DNA of 28,975 nt from a virus: positions 1 to 28,975 of the IMG/VR virus record IMGVR_UViG_3300021255_004131; one strand, given 5' to 3'. Positions within the stretch are counted from its first letter, which is position 1. Each line of letters starts with the position of its first letter. Shown piece after piece: positions 1-7,372 of this stretch. The translations under genes were made by a program, and so were the position numbers. A model generated the notes under the pieces. The model was given only the letters and a program-made list of their open reading frames with translations. It had not been told where the DNA came from and ran no database searches.

Positions 1-107
1 ACTTCGAGGACCTGGTCCGCGACCCGGTTCTCGACGAGCGCTATGGAGGGAGCGCCCGTGCATAACGCGGACGCGCGGGTATTGCCGCCCAGGCAGCCCG
101 CGGGCCC
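1..107. repeat. Terminal direct repeat, copy 1 (identical to 28869-28975)
   Basis: Read directly: nt 1-107 (ACTTCGAGGACCTGG...CAGCCCGCGGGCCC) recur exactly as the last 107 nt of the window. Confidence 0.95.
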
Positions 108-119
108 CATCCCCGGGGC

Positions 120-175
120 GGCACCGGTTCCGCAGGTCTCCGTTAGCTAACACTGCGGACGTTCCAGCCGGTGCC
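120..175. repeat. Imperfect palindrome in non-coding region (arms GGCACCGG/CCGGTGCC, inner CCGCAG/CTGCGG, centre GTTAGCTAAC)
   Basis: Read directly. The outer 8-nt arms (120-127 and 168-175) are perfect complements. The centre GTTAGCTAAC (142-151) is a perfect 10-nt palindrome. Function unknown. Confidence 0.6.
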
Positions 176-254
176 GTGCCGGGGGCGGGGCCCCTACACC
201 CGCCCCGCCTCCAGTGAGGGGCCGCGCCCGGCGACTCGATGGCGCGGCCCGGCG

Positions 255-277
255 GCGGGGCAATCGAAACGGAGGAA
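255..277 (+). repeat. 23-nt motif GCGGGGCAATCGAAACGGAGGAA, copy 1 (contains a Shine-Dalgarno-like GGAGGA)
   Basis: Exact 23-nt match to 1091-1113. Both copies end a few nt before an ATG. Confidence 0.8.
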
Positions 278-297
278 GACGAAATGGAGGAGATCGC

Positions 298-552
298 ATG
301 GACGGTAAGTCCGACCGCTACGGCAGCCCGTGGCTCACGCAGTCCGAGGCCGCAGCGTACGCAAGGCTCGGCAAGGAGCGCATCGCGCAGCTCATCGCGA
401 CCGGCAGGCTCCGCGCCTACTGGTCGCCCGGCAGCGACCCGCGCAGCCCTAACCGCGCCAAGCTGGTCAACAAGGCCGACATCGACGAGATGCTGCGCGC
501 CGACGCCGTCGAGGTCCGGGAGGTGTCCCGTGCGCTTTTCGGGGCCGCTTAG
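298..552 (+). CDS. Helix-turn-helix DNA-binding protein, excisionase/MerR-like (HTH_17-like)
   Basis: ATG 298 is preceded by GGAGGAG. The translation SPWLTQSEAAAYARLGKERIAQLIATGRLRAY resembles Xis-type winged HTH proteins. It is the first gene after the non-coding junction region. Confidence 0.6.
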   Translation: MDGKSDRYGSPWLTQSEAAAYARLGKERIAQLIATGRLRAYWSPGSDPRSPNRAKLVNKADIDEMLRADAVEVREVSRALFGAA

Positions 553-664
553 GGCGGTCGGGGCCGCGGCTGGGTTCATAGCCGCCTGCTGGCTCATCGA
601 CTACGTGGTGATGCCGGCGGTGCTATGGACGGTGCTCGCCCTGTTCGGTGCGGTGCCGGCATGA
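530..664 (+). CDS. Possible small membrane peptide (44 aa)
   Basis: A GTG at 530 opens VRFSGPLRAVGAAAGFIAACWLIDYVVMPAVLWTVLALFGAVPA, which is hydrophobic and fills the gap between neighbouring genes. Its TGA overlaps the rusA ATG (ATGA), suggesting coupling. The start codon is uncertain. Confidence 0.3.
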   Translation: MRFSGPLRAVGAAAGFIAACWLIDYVVMPAVLWTVLALFGAVPA

Positions 665-1119
665 CGGCCCGCATCGAGTTCTCGGTGAGCCTGGTGGCCG
701 GCAAGCAGCGCCACAGGCTCGACCGCAGGCACGCGCGGATGTACACGCCCAGCGAGACGCTGAGGGCCGAGCGGGCAATCGCTGCGGCGTGCCGGGAGGC
801 GATGGCCGAGGCGGGCATCCAGCCCCCGGCCTTCGGCCCGCACGTGCCGGTGATCCTCACCGTCGACGCCTACCGGCCGCTGCCGGAGAGCAGGCCGAGG
901 CGCGTGCGATCTGAGCCTGACACCTACAAGCCGGACGCCGACAACGAGGCCAAGCTGGTCATGGACGCGCTCAACGGGCTCGTCTGGGCCGACGACGAGC
1001 AGGTGGTCGACCTGCACGTGGTAAAGCACCCCAGGGCGCGCGGGCAGGCCGAGCGCATGGACATATCGATAGCGCCCGGGTGGTCCGGGCGCGGGGCAAT
1101 CGAAACGGAGGAAATGTAA
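661..1119 (+). CDS. rusA: RusA-family Holliday junction resolvase
   Basis: The translation carries DAYRPLPES...KPDADNEAKLVMDALNGLVWADDEQVVDLHV, the acidic RusA signature. Start taken at ATG 661 (MTARIEF). Confidence 0.85.
   Translation: MTARIEFSVSLVAGKQRHRLDRRHARMYTPSETLRAERAIAAACREAMAEAGIQPPAFGPHVPVILTVDAYRPLPESRPRRVRSEPDTYKPDADNEAKLVMDALNGLVWADDEQVVDLHVVKHPRARGQAERMDISIAPGWSGRGAIETEEM
1091..1113 (+). repeat. 23-nt motif GCGGGGCAATCGAAACGGAGGAA, copy 2
   Basis: Exact match to 255-277. It lies at the 3' end of rusA, 5 nt before ATG 1119. Confidence 0.8.
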
Positions 1120-1484
1120 TGGAATGCAAGAAGAATCCTGAGCCGTGCCGGGCGGACACGTTCATCGGCTACATGGGCGACCTCGGCGTCAACGCGCTGT
1201 TCAATGCCGAGTCCGAGACGTCGGCGACCGGCGTCGACCCCGCCGTGCTGCGCGGCATCGGCTACTGCGCGGGCATCGCGCAGAGCGCGTTCGACGAGCC
1301 TCGCGACTTCACGCCCGAGGAGCTCAACGCCGTGATCTCGTACGCGATGCGCTGCGAGGAGGAATTCAAGAGCAAGGGCGCGGCCGGCGTGCTCGCCCTC
1401 ATGGTGGACGACGACGCTCTCCTCGACGAGGACAACTACACCGTCACGCCCTACGAGTTCGATGAGGTGACCATCAATGGGTAA
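1119..1484 (+). CDS. Hypothetical acidic protein
   Basis: ATG 1119 overlaps the rusA stop (TAATG). The translation (MECKKNPEPCRADTFIGYMGDLG...) has non-shadow-like composition. No family recognised. Confidence 0.6.
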   Translation: MECKKNPEPCRADTFIGYMGDLGVNALFNAESETSATGVDPAVLRGIGYCAGIAQSAFDEPRDFTPEELNAVISYAMRCEEEFKSKGAAGVLALMVDDDALLDEDNYTVTPYEFDEVTING

Positions 1485-2379
1485 CGAGATTATCGAGTTC
1501 AGAGACGATGCGGGCATGCCCGTCAAGTTCACCTCGCAGGACATCCGCGAGAGGCTGTGCCCCAACGCGACCGACAGCGAGCTGGCGCTGTGTATCGAGC
1601 TGTGCAACCGCCAGCACCTGAACCCCTTCACCAAGGAGGTCTACCTGGTGAAGTACAAGGACGCCCCGGCGAGCATCATCACGAGCTACCAGGTGTTCAA
1701 CCGCCGCGCCAACCGCCAGGAGAGCTACGGCGGCATCAAGAGCGGCGTAGTGGTGATGCGCGAGGGGCAGATCGTCAAGAAGCGCGGCAGCGCCGTCTAC
1801 AAGCAGGTGGGCGAGCAGCTGCTCGGCGGCTGGGCCGAGGTCCAGTTCAAGGACGGCAAGGAGCCGGCCTACGTGGAGCTGGCGCTTAGCGACTACAGCA
1901 CCGGAAAGAGCAACTGGGCGAAGATGCCGGGCGTCATGATCGAGAAGTGCGCCAAGGCCGGCGCGTGGCGACTTGCCTACCCCGACGAGTTCGGCGGGAT
2001 GTACACGGGCGAGGAGATGGACCAGAAGGTCGCGCAGGACATGCGCGCCGGCACCCAGGCCGTCGAGGCCGAGAGCGTAGAGCCCGTGGTCGACCCGCTG
2101 CAGCCCGTGCGCGACCTGTTCCGTCCGTTCATGGCGGCGACAGCGCTCGACAGCGCCGGGGCCATGGCGGCCATCTGCGCCGCAGTGGGCTGCACGTCGG
2201 GCAACATGCACGACATGACGGTCTCGCAGGCGCGCCGCGCGGCCTCGTGGATGGAGGAGGAGATCGCGGCCCGCAAGGCGCAGCCCGAGCCCGCCGCCAC
2301 TAAGCCGGAGCCGGCGCCAGCCTATGAGCCCGCGCCCGCCGAGTATGAGACCGACGACGACCTGCTGGGAGGATTCTGA
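1477..2379 (+). CDS. recT: RecT/Bet-type single-strand annealing recombinase
   Basis: The translation carries ELALCIELCNRQHLNPFTKEVYLVKY, SYQVFNRRANRQESYGGIKSGVV and WAKMPGVMIEKCAKAGAWRLAYPDEF, which resemble RecT family blocks. The C-terminal tail is Pro/Ala-rich. Confidence 0.85.
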   Translation: MGNEIIEFRDDAGMPVKFTSQDIRERLCPNATDSELALCIELCNRQHLNPFTKEVYLVKYKDAPASIITSYQVFNRRANRQESYGGIKSGVVVMREGQIVKKRGSAVYKQVGEQLLGGWAEVQFKDGKEPAYVELALSDYSTGKSNWAKMPGVMIEKCAKAGAWRLAYPDEFGGMYTGEEMDQKVAQDMRAGTQAVEAESVEPVVDPLQPVRDLFRPFMAATALDSAGAMAAICAAVGCTSGNMHDMTVSQARRAASWMEEEIAARKAQPEPAATKPEPAPAYEPAPAEYETDDDLLGGF

Positions 2380-3392
2380 TGGCAGACGAGACTACGACAG
2401 TGATGCCCGAGGAGGGCAAGGCCATCGAGAAGAGGGCCGGCGTCGAGGATATCAAGGCTCTGCTCGACGCCGTGACCATCGACGGCGACCTCAAGGGGCA
2501 GCTCGACGCGCTCGCCAATGCGGTCGACGAGGCCCTCGAGGACTACCGCGACCCGAAGCCCATCGAGAGCGGCGAGCGCCTCAAGGAGATGCGCAGGTGG
2601 CGCGCCAACGTCCGCAAGGTCAAGGAGCCCATCGAGGAGAGCCGCAAGGCGTCCAAGAAGCGCTACACCGACCTCATCAAGCAGTTCGACTCGACCATCG
2701 GCCGCATCACGGCGCCCATCGACGAGCTCGACAAGCGCTACAAGGCGCTCATCGACGAGTACGAGGCTCAGTGCCGCGAGAACGTCCGCGCCGAGCTGGA
2801 GGCCCACTATGCGGAGCTGGCGCCCAACCTCGTGCCGGTGCTCCCGGCATCCGCGGTCATCGAGGACGCGTGGCTCAAGCCGGGCCTCGGGACCGAGAAG
2901 GCCAAGAGGGTGCTCGAGGGCGTCGTTGGCAGCCTCGCGCGCCAGTACGAGTCCGTCATGGACATGGAGTACGCCGACGAGGCCGAGCGCTGCTGGGCCG
3001 TGAAGTGGTGGGCCGACAACCGCCCCGACGACTCCGGCGAGGTCGCCCGCGCCGTGAGGCGCCACCGCGAGGATATGGAGCGCGTCGCCGAGCTCAACGC
3101 CGGGTACCGCGCCCCGCGCCCGGCGCCCGAACCGGAGCCCGCACCGGAGCCCGAGCCGCTGCCGCTCGACCCCGAGCCGGTGCCAGCCGAGGAACCCGAG
3201 CCGCCCTTGGGCGTGCCGAGGTGCGTGCGGGTGGTCCCGTCGAACCACGAGCCGGATGCGGCCGAGGATGCGGCCACAGCGCCGCAGAGGGGCTACCGCG
3301 TGGTCATCGAGTGCGCCACGGCGGACGAGATTCGCCGCGTGAGGGCAGTCATGGTCGAGAACGGCATCCACGGACACGTAGAGAGGATGTAG
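2379..3392 (+). CDS. Recombination-module accessory protein, DUF1351-like (tentative)
   Basis: Its ATG overlaps the recT stop (TGATG). The N-terminal part is coiled-coil-rich and is followed by a Pro/Glu linker (APRPAPEPEPAPEPEPLPLDPEP). Its position directly after recT is typical of DUF1351 proteins. The family call is from memory only. Confidence 0.5.
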   Translation: MADETTTVMPEEGKAIEKRAGVEDIKALLDAVTIDGDLKGQLDALANAVDEALEDYRDPKPIESGERLKEMRRWRANVRKVKEPIEESRKASKKRYTDLIKQFDSTIGRITAPIDELDKRYKALIDEYEAQCRENVRAELEAHYAELAPNLVPVLPASAVIEDAWLKPGLGTEKAKRVLEGVVGSLARQYESVMDMEYADEAERCWAVKWWADNRPDDSGEVARAVRRHREDMERVAELNAGYRAPRPAPEPEPAPEPEPLPLDPEPVPAEEPEPPLGVPRCVRVVPSNHEPDAAEDAATAPQRGYRVVIECATADEIRRVRAVMVENGIHGHVERM

Positions 3393-3395
3393 GAC

Positions 3396-3734
3396 ATGGA
3401 GGAGAAGAACCTGCCGCCGCTCCGAACGCCGGAGCAGCGCAAGGAGGCGATGGCGAAGGCCATCCACACGCGCCGCGAGCGCGCCGCGTTCAAGGCGGCG
3501 TGCAAGGCTGGGAACATCCCGCCCGAGACGGCCATCGAGGCGCCCATCGCGGCGAGGCTCAAGGTCGAGGAGTTCGCCCGCTCGTTCCCTGGCATAGGCC
3601 AGGTCACGGCGCAGAAGATCGTAGAGGCGTGCCACATCCGCGACGGCCGCCGCGTGAGCGGCCTGGGCTACATGCAGGGGCCGCGCCTCGTCGAGGCAAT
3701 CAAGAGCCACATGACCGCGAAGGAGGACCAGTGA
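3396..3734 (+). CDS. Actinobacterial-type integration host factor (mIHF/sIHF-like)
   Basis: The translation LPPLRTPEQRKEAMAKAIHTRRERAAFKAACKAG...LKVEEFARSFPGIGQVTAQKIVEACHI...RRVSGLGYMQGPRLVEAI matches my recollection of the mIHF pattern (LPxLTxEQR...KA..AR..RA..K...PGvG.v.A..i......rR..gLG..Q...L). Confidence 0.65.
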   Translation: MEEKNLPPLRTPEQRKEAMAKAIHTRRERAAFKAACKAGNIPPETAIEAPIAARLKVEEFARSFPGIGQVTAQKIVEACHIRDGRRVSGLGYMQGPRLVEAIKSHMTAKEDQ

Positions 3735-4207
3735 GCATCAATCGAGTGAACATCAGCGGCAACCTCACCCGCGACCCGGAGCTTCGCGCCACGGCGGGCG
3801 GGACGCAGGTCCTGTCCTTCGGCGTCGCCGTGAACGACCGCCGCCGCAACGCGCAGACGGGCGAGTGGGAGGACTACCCCAACTTCGTCGACTGCACGAT
3901 GTTCGGCAACCGCGCCGAGGCCGTGAGCCGTTTCCTCGCCAAGGGCATGAAGGTCGCCATCGATGGCAGGCTGCGCTACAGCTCATGGGAGAAGGACGGC
4001 CAGAAGCGCTCGAAGCTCGAGGTCATCGTGGACGAGATCGAGGTCATGGTGCGCCGCGAGGGGCAGACGCAGGCCCAGCCGCAGCAGAGCCTCGCGGACA
4101 CGGTGCCAATGCAGCCACAGGCGCAGGCCGAGCCGCAGTGGAGCGCCCAGCAGGCCTATGCCGCGGCCCCGCAGCCCGAGGTATACGACGAGGACGTGCC
4201 GTTCTGA
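3731..4207 (+). CDS. ssb: Single-stranded DNA-binding protein
   Basis: GTG 3731 overlaps the previous stop. The OB-fold signature is VNISGNLTRDPELR...GTQVLSFGVAVNDRR...DYPNFVDCTMFGNRAE. A Q/P/A-rich linker leads to the acidic tip YDEDVPF, typical of bacterial and phage SSB. Confidence 0.9.
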   Translation: MSINRVNISGNLTRDPELRATAGGTQVLSFGVAVNDRRRNAQTGEWEDYPNFVDCTMFGNRAEAVSRFLAKGMKVAIDGRLRYSSWEKDGQKRSKLEVIVDEIEVMVRREGQTQAQPQQSLADTVPMQPQAQAEPQWSAQQAYAAAPQPEVYDEDVPF

Positions 4208-4317
4208 TGAGGCACGTACCAGACATCATCCGCGACCACTGGGAGGCGGCCCTGTTCGCCGCCTCCTTCGCCGCGGGGTTCCTGTTCTTCTCTTCGATTC
4301 TATGGGGGTGGTTCTGA
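4207..4317 (+). CDS. Small hydrophobic protein (36 aa)
   Basis: Its ATG overlaps the ssb stop (TGATGA) and its TGA overlaps the next ATG (TGATG). It has one predicted TM stretch, AALFAASFAAGFLFFSSILWGWF. Confidence 0.4.
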   Translation: MRHVPDIIRDHWEAALFAASFAAGFLFFSSILWGWF

Positions 4318-5078
4318 TGGCCTTCACTGTGTTCGACAGCTTCGCCGAGGTCTACGACGACTTCGACGCGAGCGACCCCGAGGACCTGCGCGACCGAGCG
4401 ATGCTCGCCGACGCGATCATGATGTACGGACTGCACGGCGTCGAGGCCGACCTCCCGAAGCACCTCCGCCGCGTCTTCAAGGCGATGAAGAACGCCATCG
4501 ACAACTCCAAGGACGCGCGCGGAAGGGGCGGCAAGGGCGGCCGCCCGCGCAAGAAACCATATTCAGACAAAACCGAAACACAGGTTTCCGAAAGTGAAAA
4601 CATAGGTTTTTCAAAAAGGAAACCAGCTTCAGACAAAACCGAAACACAGGTTTCCGAAAGTGAAAACCCTAACCTAACCTACCCTAGCCTGTCCTGTCCT
4701 GAAATGGATTGTGTTGAGCTGTCCTGTGATGGGGGCGATGCCCACGCCGCGCCGCCCGAGTTCGAGCCGCCGTCGCTGGAGGAGGCCCGCGAGTACTTCG
4801 GCGCCAACTGCCTGAGCGGCGACCCGGACGCCTTCTGGGCCTACTTCGAGTCTCAGGGCTGGGTCAAGGGCAACGGCCAGCCGGTGAGCAACTGGGGAGC
4901 CCTCGCGCTCGACTGGTCCAGGCGCCAGAAGCGCATCGACGCCGACGACCGGGCGAGAGGCAAGCCGACATCGGCCGACGTCGAGCGGGCGAAGTTCAAG
5001 CCGGTCGCCAGGAAGACACCTGAGCAGGAGCTGGCCGAGGTCGAGGAGGAGGCGAGGCGCCTTGGAATCGCTATCTAG
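4317..5078 (+). CDS. Replisome organizer / DnaD-like replication initiator (putative), carrying internal iterons
   Basis: The N-terminus is MAFTVFDSFAEVYDDF...AIMMYGLHG. The C-terminus is EEAREYFGANCL...FWAYFESQGWVKGNGQPVSNWGALALDWSRRQ, with the W-rich motif of phage replication organizers. The central part is basic and encoded by an AT-rich repeat. Confidence 0.6.
   Translation: MAFTVFDSFAEVYDDFDASDPEDLRDRAMLADAIMMYGLHGVEADLPKHLRRVFKAMKNAIDNSKDARGRGGKGGRPRKKPYSDKTETQVSESENIGFSKRKPASDKTETQVSESENPNLTYPSLSCPEMDCVELSCDGGDAHAAPPEFEPPSLEEAREYFGANCLSGDPDAFWAYFESQGWVKGNGQPVSNWGALALDWSRRQKRIDADDRARGKPTSADVERAKFKPVARKTPEQELAEVEEEARRLGIAI
4553..4667 (+). repeat. Two-copy direct repeat (66-nt period) inside the organizer gene; candidate origin iterons
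   Basis: The exact 40-mer TTCAGACAAAACCGAAACACAGGTTTCCGAAAGTGAAAAC occurs at 4562-4601 and 4628-4667. With 2 mismatches the repeat extends 9 nt upstream (GAAACCAnnTTCAGAC). Each copy contains the small dyad GAAAC-ACAG-GTTTC. The segment is conspicuously AT-rich relative to its flanks. Confidence 0.85.
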
Positions 5079-5280
5079 GCTCCTGCGTGGGTACGAGCCC
5101 GCGGCCGGGAAGCCCGTGCCGCTCGCGGCGCTCTACGCCGCAAACACGTGCACGGCGGCGGAGTTCATCCGCGAGAGCAAGCGCATCGAGCTCCAGAGCA
5201 GGGCGCGCTACGCCGAATACCAGAGGGCGCTGCGCGAGGACATGGCCGCGGCCGAGTACGCCGCCGCCGGAGGTGAGTGA
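5062..5280 (+). CDS. Hypothetical protein
   Basis: A TTG start follows GAGGAGGAGG. The translation has plausible helical composition (SKRIELQSRARYAEYQRALREDMAAAEY). The start is uncertain. Confidence 0.45.
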   Translation: MESLSRLLRGYEPAAGKPVPLAALYAANTCTAAEFIRESKRIELQSRARYAEYQRALREDMAAAEYAAAGGE

Positions 5281-5504
5281 TCGCCATGGACCTAGAGATG
5301 GACGGGGCGCCGGGCATCCCCGACGGATACGTGAGGTGCTGCGAGACGTGCGACCGGTGGGTGCCGGGCGAAGGGTGCGGCATCTGCGCCCACCGGGCCG
5401 AGTCGTCCGTGCTGCCGCGCGGCGTGGACCTCGACGCGATGGCGGCGAGCATCACGCAGGGCGACCACTCCTGCGGGAGGTGGGAGCCGTGGCGCGGTCT
5501 GTGA
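5277..5504 (+). CDS. Hypothetical Cys-rich small protein
   Basis: GTG 5277 overlaps the previous stop and follows GGAGG. The motif CCETCDRW...GCGICAH suggests a zinc-binding knuckle. Confidence 0.5.
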   Translation: MIAMDLEMDGAPGIPDGYVRCCETCDRWVPGEGCGICAHRAESSVLPRGVDLDAMAASITQGDHSCGRWEPWRGL

Positions 5505-5887
5505 CGCCATGCGCCGGTCAGGCCGCGCTCGACCTGTTCGGCCGGCACGACCGGCGCCCAATAGACGGGTCCCTGCGATGGCTCACGAGGGTCTGGGGAT
5601 GCCGCGAGGAGGACGTCATGCCGCACCTCGAGCGCCTCTACGCCGAGTTCACGACGTGGGATGCGGGCGAGCGCGCGAAGGTGCTCCAGCACGTCTACTG
5701 GCCGCGGCACAAGCCCGGCTTCGAGGTCGTGACGCCATGGGAGCTCGGGATGTACGACAGGACCATCGACTACCACACGGCATTGGACCGCTGCTGGGCA
5801 ATCGAGCGGGGCATTGATCCGCGCGAGGCGTTGCGGGTCGTGTCGTGGGATTACCGGAAAGACAGGCCGTCAGAGACGACGGCCTAG
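5501..5887 (+). CDS. Hypothetical protein
   Basis: GTG 5501 overlaps the previous stop (GTGA). Only the distal 128 codons of ORF 5087..5887 have protein-like composition (LERLYAEFTTWDAGERAKVLQHVYWPRHKPGFEVVTPWELGMYDRTIDYH). Confidence 0.55.
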   Translation: MTPCAGQAALDLFGRHDRRPIDGSLRWLTRVWGCREEDVMPHLERLYAEFTTWDAGERAKVLQHVYWPRHKPGFEVVTPWELGMYDRTIDYHTALDRCWAIERGIDPREALRVVSWDYRKDRPSETTA

Positions 5888-5900
5888 GAGGGAGGAGACC

Positions 5901-6101
5901 ATGAGCACGCCGTACGGCGAGTGGCCGGAGGAGGACGCGAGGCGCTGCGACGGGTGCAGGTTCGCTGAGCGCGTCGGGCGAGTGATGGCTGCGTCGGGCG
6001 ACATCCGCACCGAGTACCGCTGCGCGAGGCTCCCTGAGTTCGTGCACCGCACGCAGGCGGAGGCCCGCTGCAACTACTGGGAGGCGCGACATGAGGGCTG
6101 A
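5901..6101 (+). CDS. Hypothetical small protein with CxxC motif
   Basis: ATG 5901 follows GGAGGGAGGAG. Translation MSTPYGEWPEEDARRCDGCRF...RCARLPEF...ARCNYW. Confidence 0.6.
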   Translation: MSTPYGEWPEEDARRCDGCRFAERVGRVMAASGDIRTEYRCARLPEFVHRTQAEARCNYWEARHEG

Positions 6102-6324
6102 GTCGTGGGACAGGCGCGGGGGCCACGTGCTCAAGTGCAGGCAGTGCGGCAGGTGGTTCCGGGCGATAAGCGCTCGCCAGCGGTACTGCTGCGGCTGGTG
6201 CGAGAACGTGGCGCACAGGAACGCGAGCAAGCGATCCGTGGACGTCTACCTCGGCGCGAGGGGCGAGACGGGCCGAGAGGTCAACGCCATGCGCGCGGCG
6301 CTGGCTGAGGGGAGGCGCATCTGA
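6091..6324 (+). CDS. Zinc-ribbon small protein
   Basis: ATG 6091 follows GGGAGG and overlaps the previous stop. The motif is KCRQCGRWF...YCCGWCENVAHR (CxxC...CxxC). Confidence 0.6.
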   Translation: MRAESWDRRGGHVLKCRQCGRWFRAISARQRYCCGWCENVAHRNASKRSVDVYLGARGETGREVNAMRAALAEGRRI

Positions 6325-6626
6325 TGCGTGACGGTTACCTGCTCAACCTGCGGACGTTCCGCGAGGTGAGGGACGACAAGGCGCAGGCGCTCAAGCCGCT
6401 CGAGGAGGCGGCAGAGGTGTTCGGTGCGTGGCAGAAGTGTGACGACATGCGCTTCAGCCAGGTCATGACGGCGCGCAGGGCGTACCGCGATGACCTCATC
6501 GACGGGTGCCTGGACACCGTGCAGGCGATCGCCAACCTGCTGGCAGCCGTGGGAGCCACGCAGGGCGAGGTCGATGCCGCCATCCGGCGCATGGACGAGA
6601 GGAACTGTGAGAGGGGACGTCTGTGA
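6324..6626 (+). CDS. Hypothetical helical protein (weak MazG-like look)
   Basis: TGATG overlap with the previous gene. The segments KPLEEAAEVFGAW...DDLIDGCLDTVQAIANLL resemble the helical NTP-pyrophosphohydrolase fold, but only weakly. Confidence 0.5.
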   Translation: MRDGYLLNLRTFREVRDDKAQALKPLEEAAEVFGAWQKCDDMRFSQVMTARRAYRDDLIDGCLDTVQAIANLLAAVGATQGEVDAAIRRMDERNCERGRL

Positions 6627-6934
6627 TGGAGACTTTGGAGCAGATCAAGGCCGACGCGGTCGAGGTGTTCCATTTCGACCGCGAGTGCAGGCCGCAGGAC
6701 AGGGCGCACGCCTACCTGGGGAAGTACCGCGTCAGGCGCGGATACAACGACACGGCGATGCAGGTCGCGGTGACAGACATGATCGAGCGCGCCTACGAGG
6801 CTGGAAGGGCGGAGGTCGCCGGCGCGAACCTCGTGCAGAACCTGCGCCGCCAGCTGACGAGCATCGAGGCGACCGTCGGGGATGCCATCGACCTGCTCGA
6901 CGAGAGCACGGGGGCGGTGGAGTGCGATGAGTGA
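6623..6934 (+). CDS. Hypothetical protein
   Basis: The start GTGATG (6623 or 6626) overlaps the previous stop. Composition is protein-like. Confidence 0.55.
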   Translation: MMETLEQIKADAVEVFHFDRECRPQDRAHAYLGKYRVRRGYNDTAMQVAVTDMIERAYEAGRAEVAGANLVQNLRRQLTSIEATVGDAIDLLDESTGAVECDE

Positions 6935-7232
6935 CTCGAGGGTCGGCGGCTACCCGATGGGGGTGACGGATTCCGCCATCGAGCGCCACTTCGGCGGGGC
7001 CTGCGAGCCTCGGATGTGCGGGAACTGCAGGCATTTCTGCGGCTGCGACATCCACGTCGACTACGGCTACTGCCACCTCGAGTTCGAGCGCGCCTTCGAT
7101 GCGGAGGCACCGGAGCGCAAGGAGGGGCGCCGGTGCCTGGCGAAGTGGGCCGCGGCGTGGCTCACGGGGAACCTGCTGTACTGCGAGGACGAGTGCGGCG
7201 AGTGCCGCGACTACGAGGAGTTCGGGTTATGA
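6927..7232 (+). CDS. Hypothetical Cys-rich protein
   Basis: ATG 6927 overlaps the previous gene end. Motifs CGNCRHFCGCD...YCH and YCEDECGECRDY are present. Confidence 0.55.
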   Translation: MSDSRVGGYPMGVTDSAIERHFGGACEPRMCGNCRHFCGCDIHVDYGYCHLEFERAFDAEAPERKEGRRCLAKWAAAWLTGNLLYCEDECGECRDYEEFGL

Positions 7233-7372
7233 GTATCGAGCTACCGAAAGACGCGGAGTGGTAAGGGAGATGCATAGCGAAGTGCGGGGAGAAGATTGAG
7301 CGTCGTCGGTGAGTTGGTCTCCGGCGCTTGATAAGGTTCTGCCGTGGCGGGCGAGCTCTAGGGGGTATGCGA

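Noticed and set aside
3100-3215. Reiterated CCGGAGCCCG / GAGCC units
   Set aside because: These encode a Pro/Glu-rich linker (PAPEPEPAPEPEPLPLDPEP) inside gene 2379..3392. This is low-complexity coding sequence rather than a DNA-level regulatory repeat.
2322-3710. 462-aa ORF on the - strand. Similar long antisense or off-frame ORFs include 924..1634 -, 1474..2211 -, 7227..8027 -, 10059..10694 -, 16360..17028 -, 18162..18965 - and 19410..20210 -.
   Set aside because: Their translations are dominated by R/A/G/P/L runs typical of shadow ORFs in high-GC DNA. They fully overlap + strand genes with recognisable protein families and tight translational coupling.
2324-3730. Long N-terminal extension of the ssb reading frame (627-aa ORF 2324..4207)
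   Set aside because: The upstream 469 codons are Arg/Gly/Pro-rich off-frame sequence that overlaps the real genes 2379..3392 and 3396..3734. The OB-fold begins at GTG 3731.
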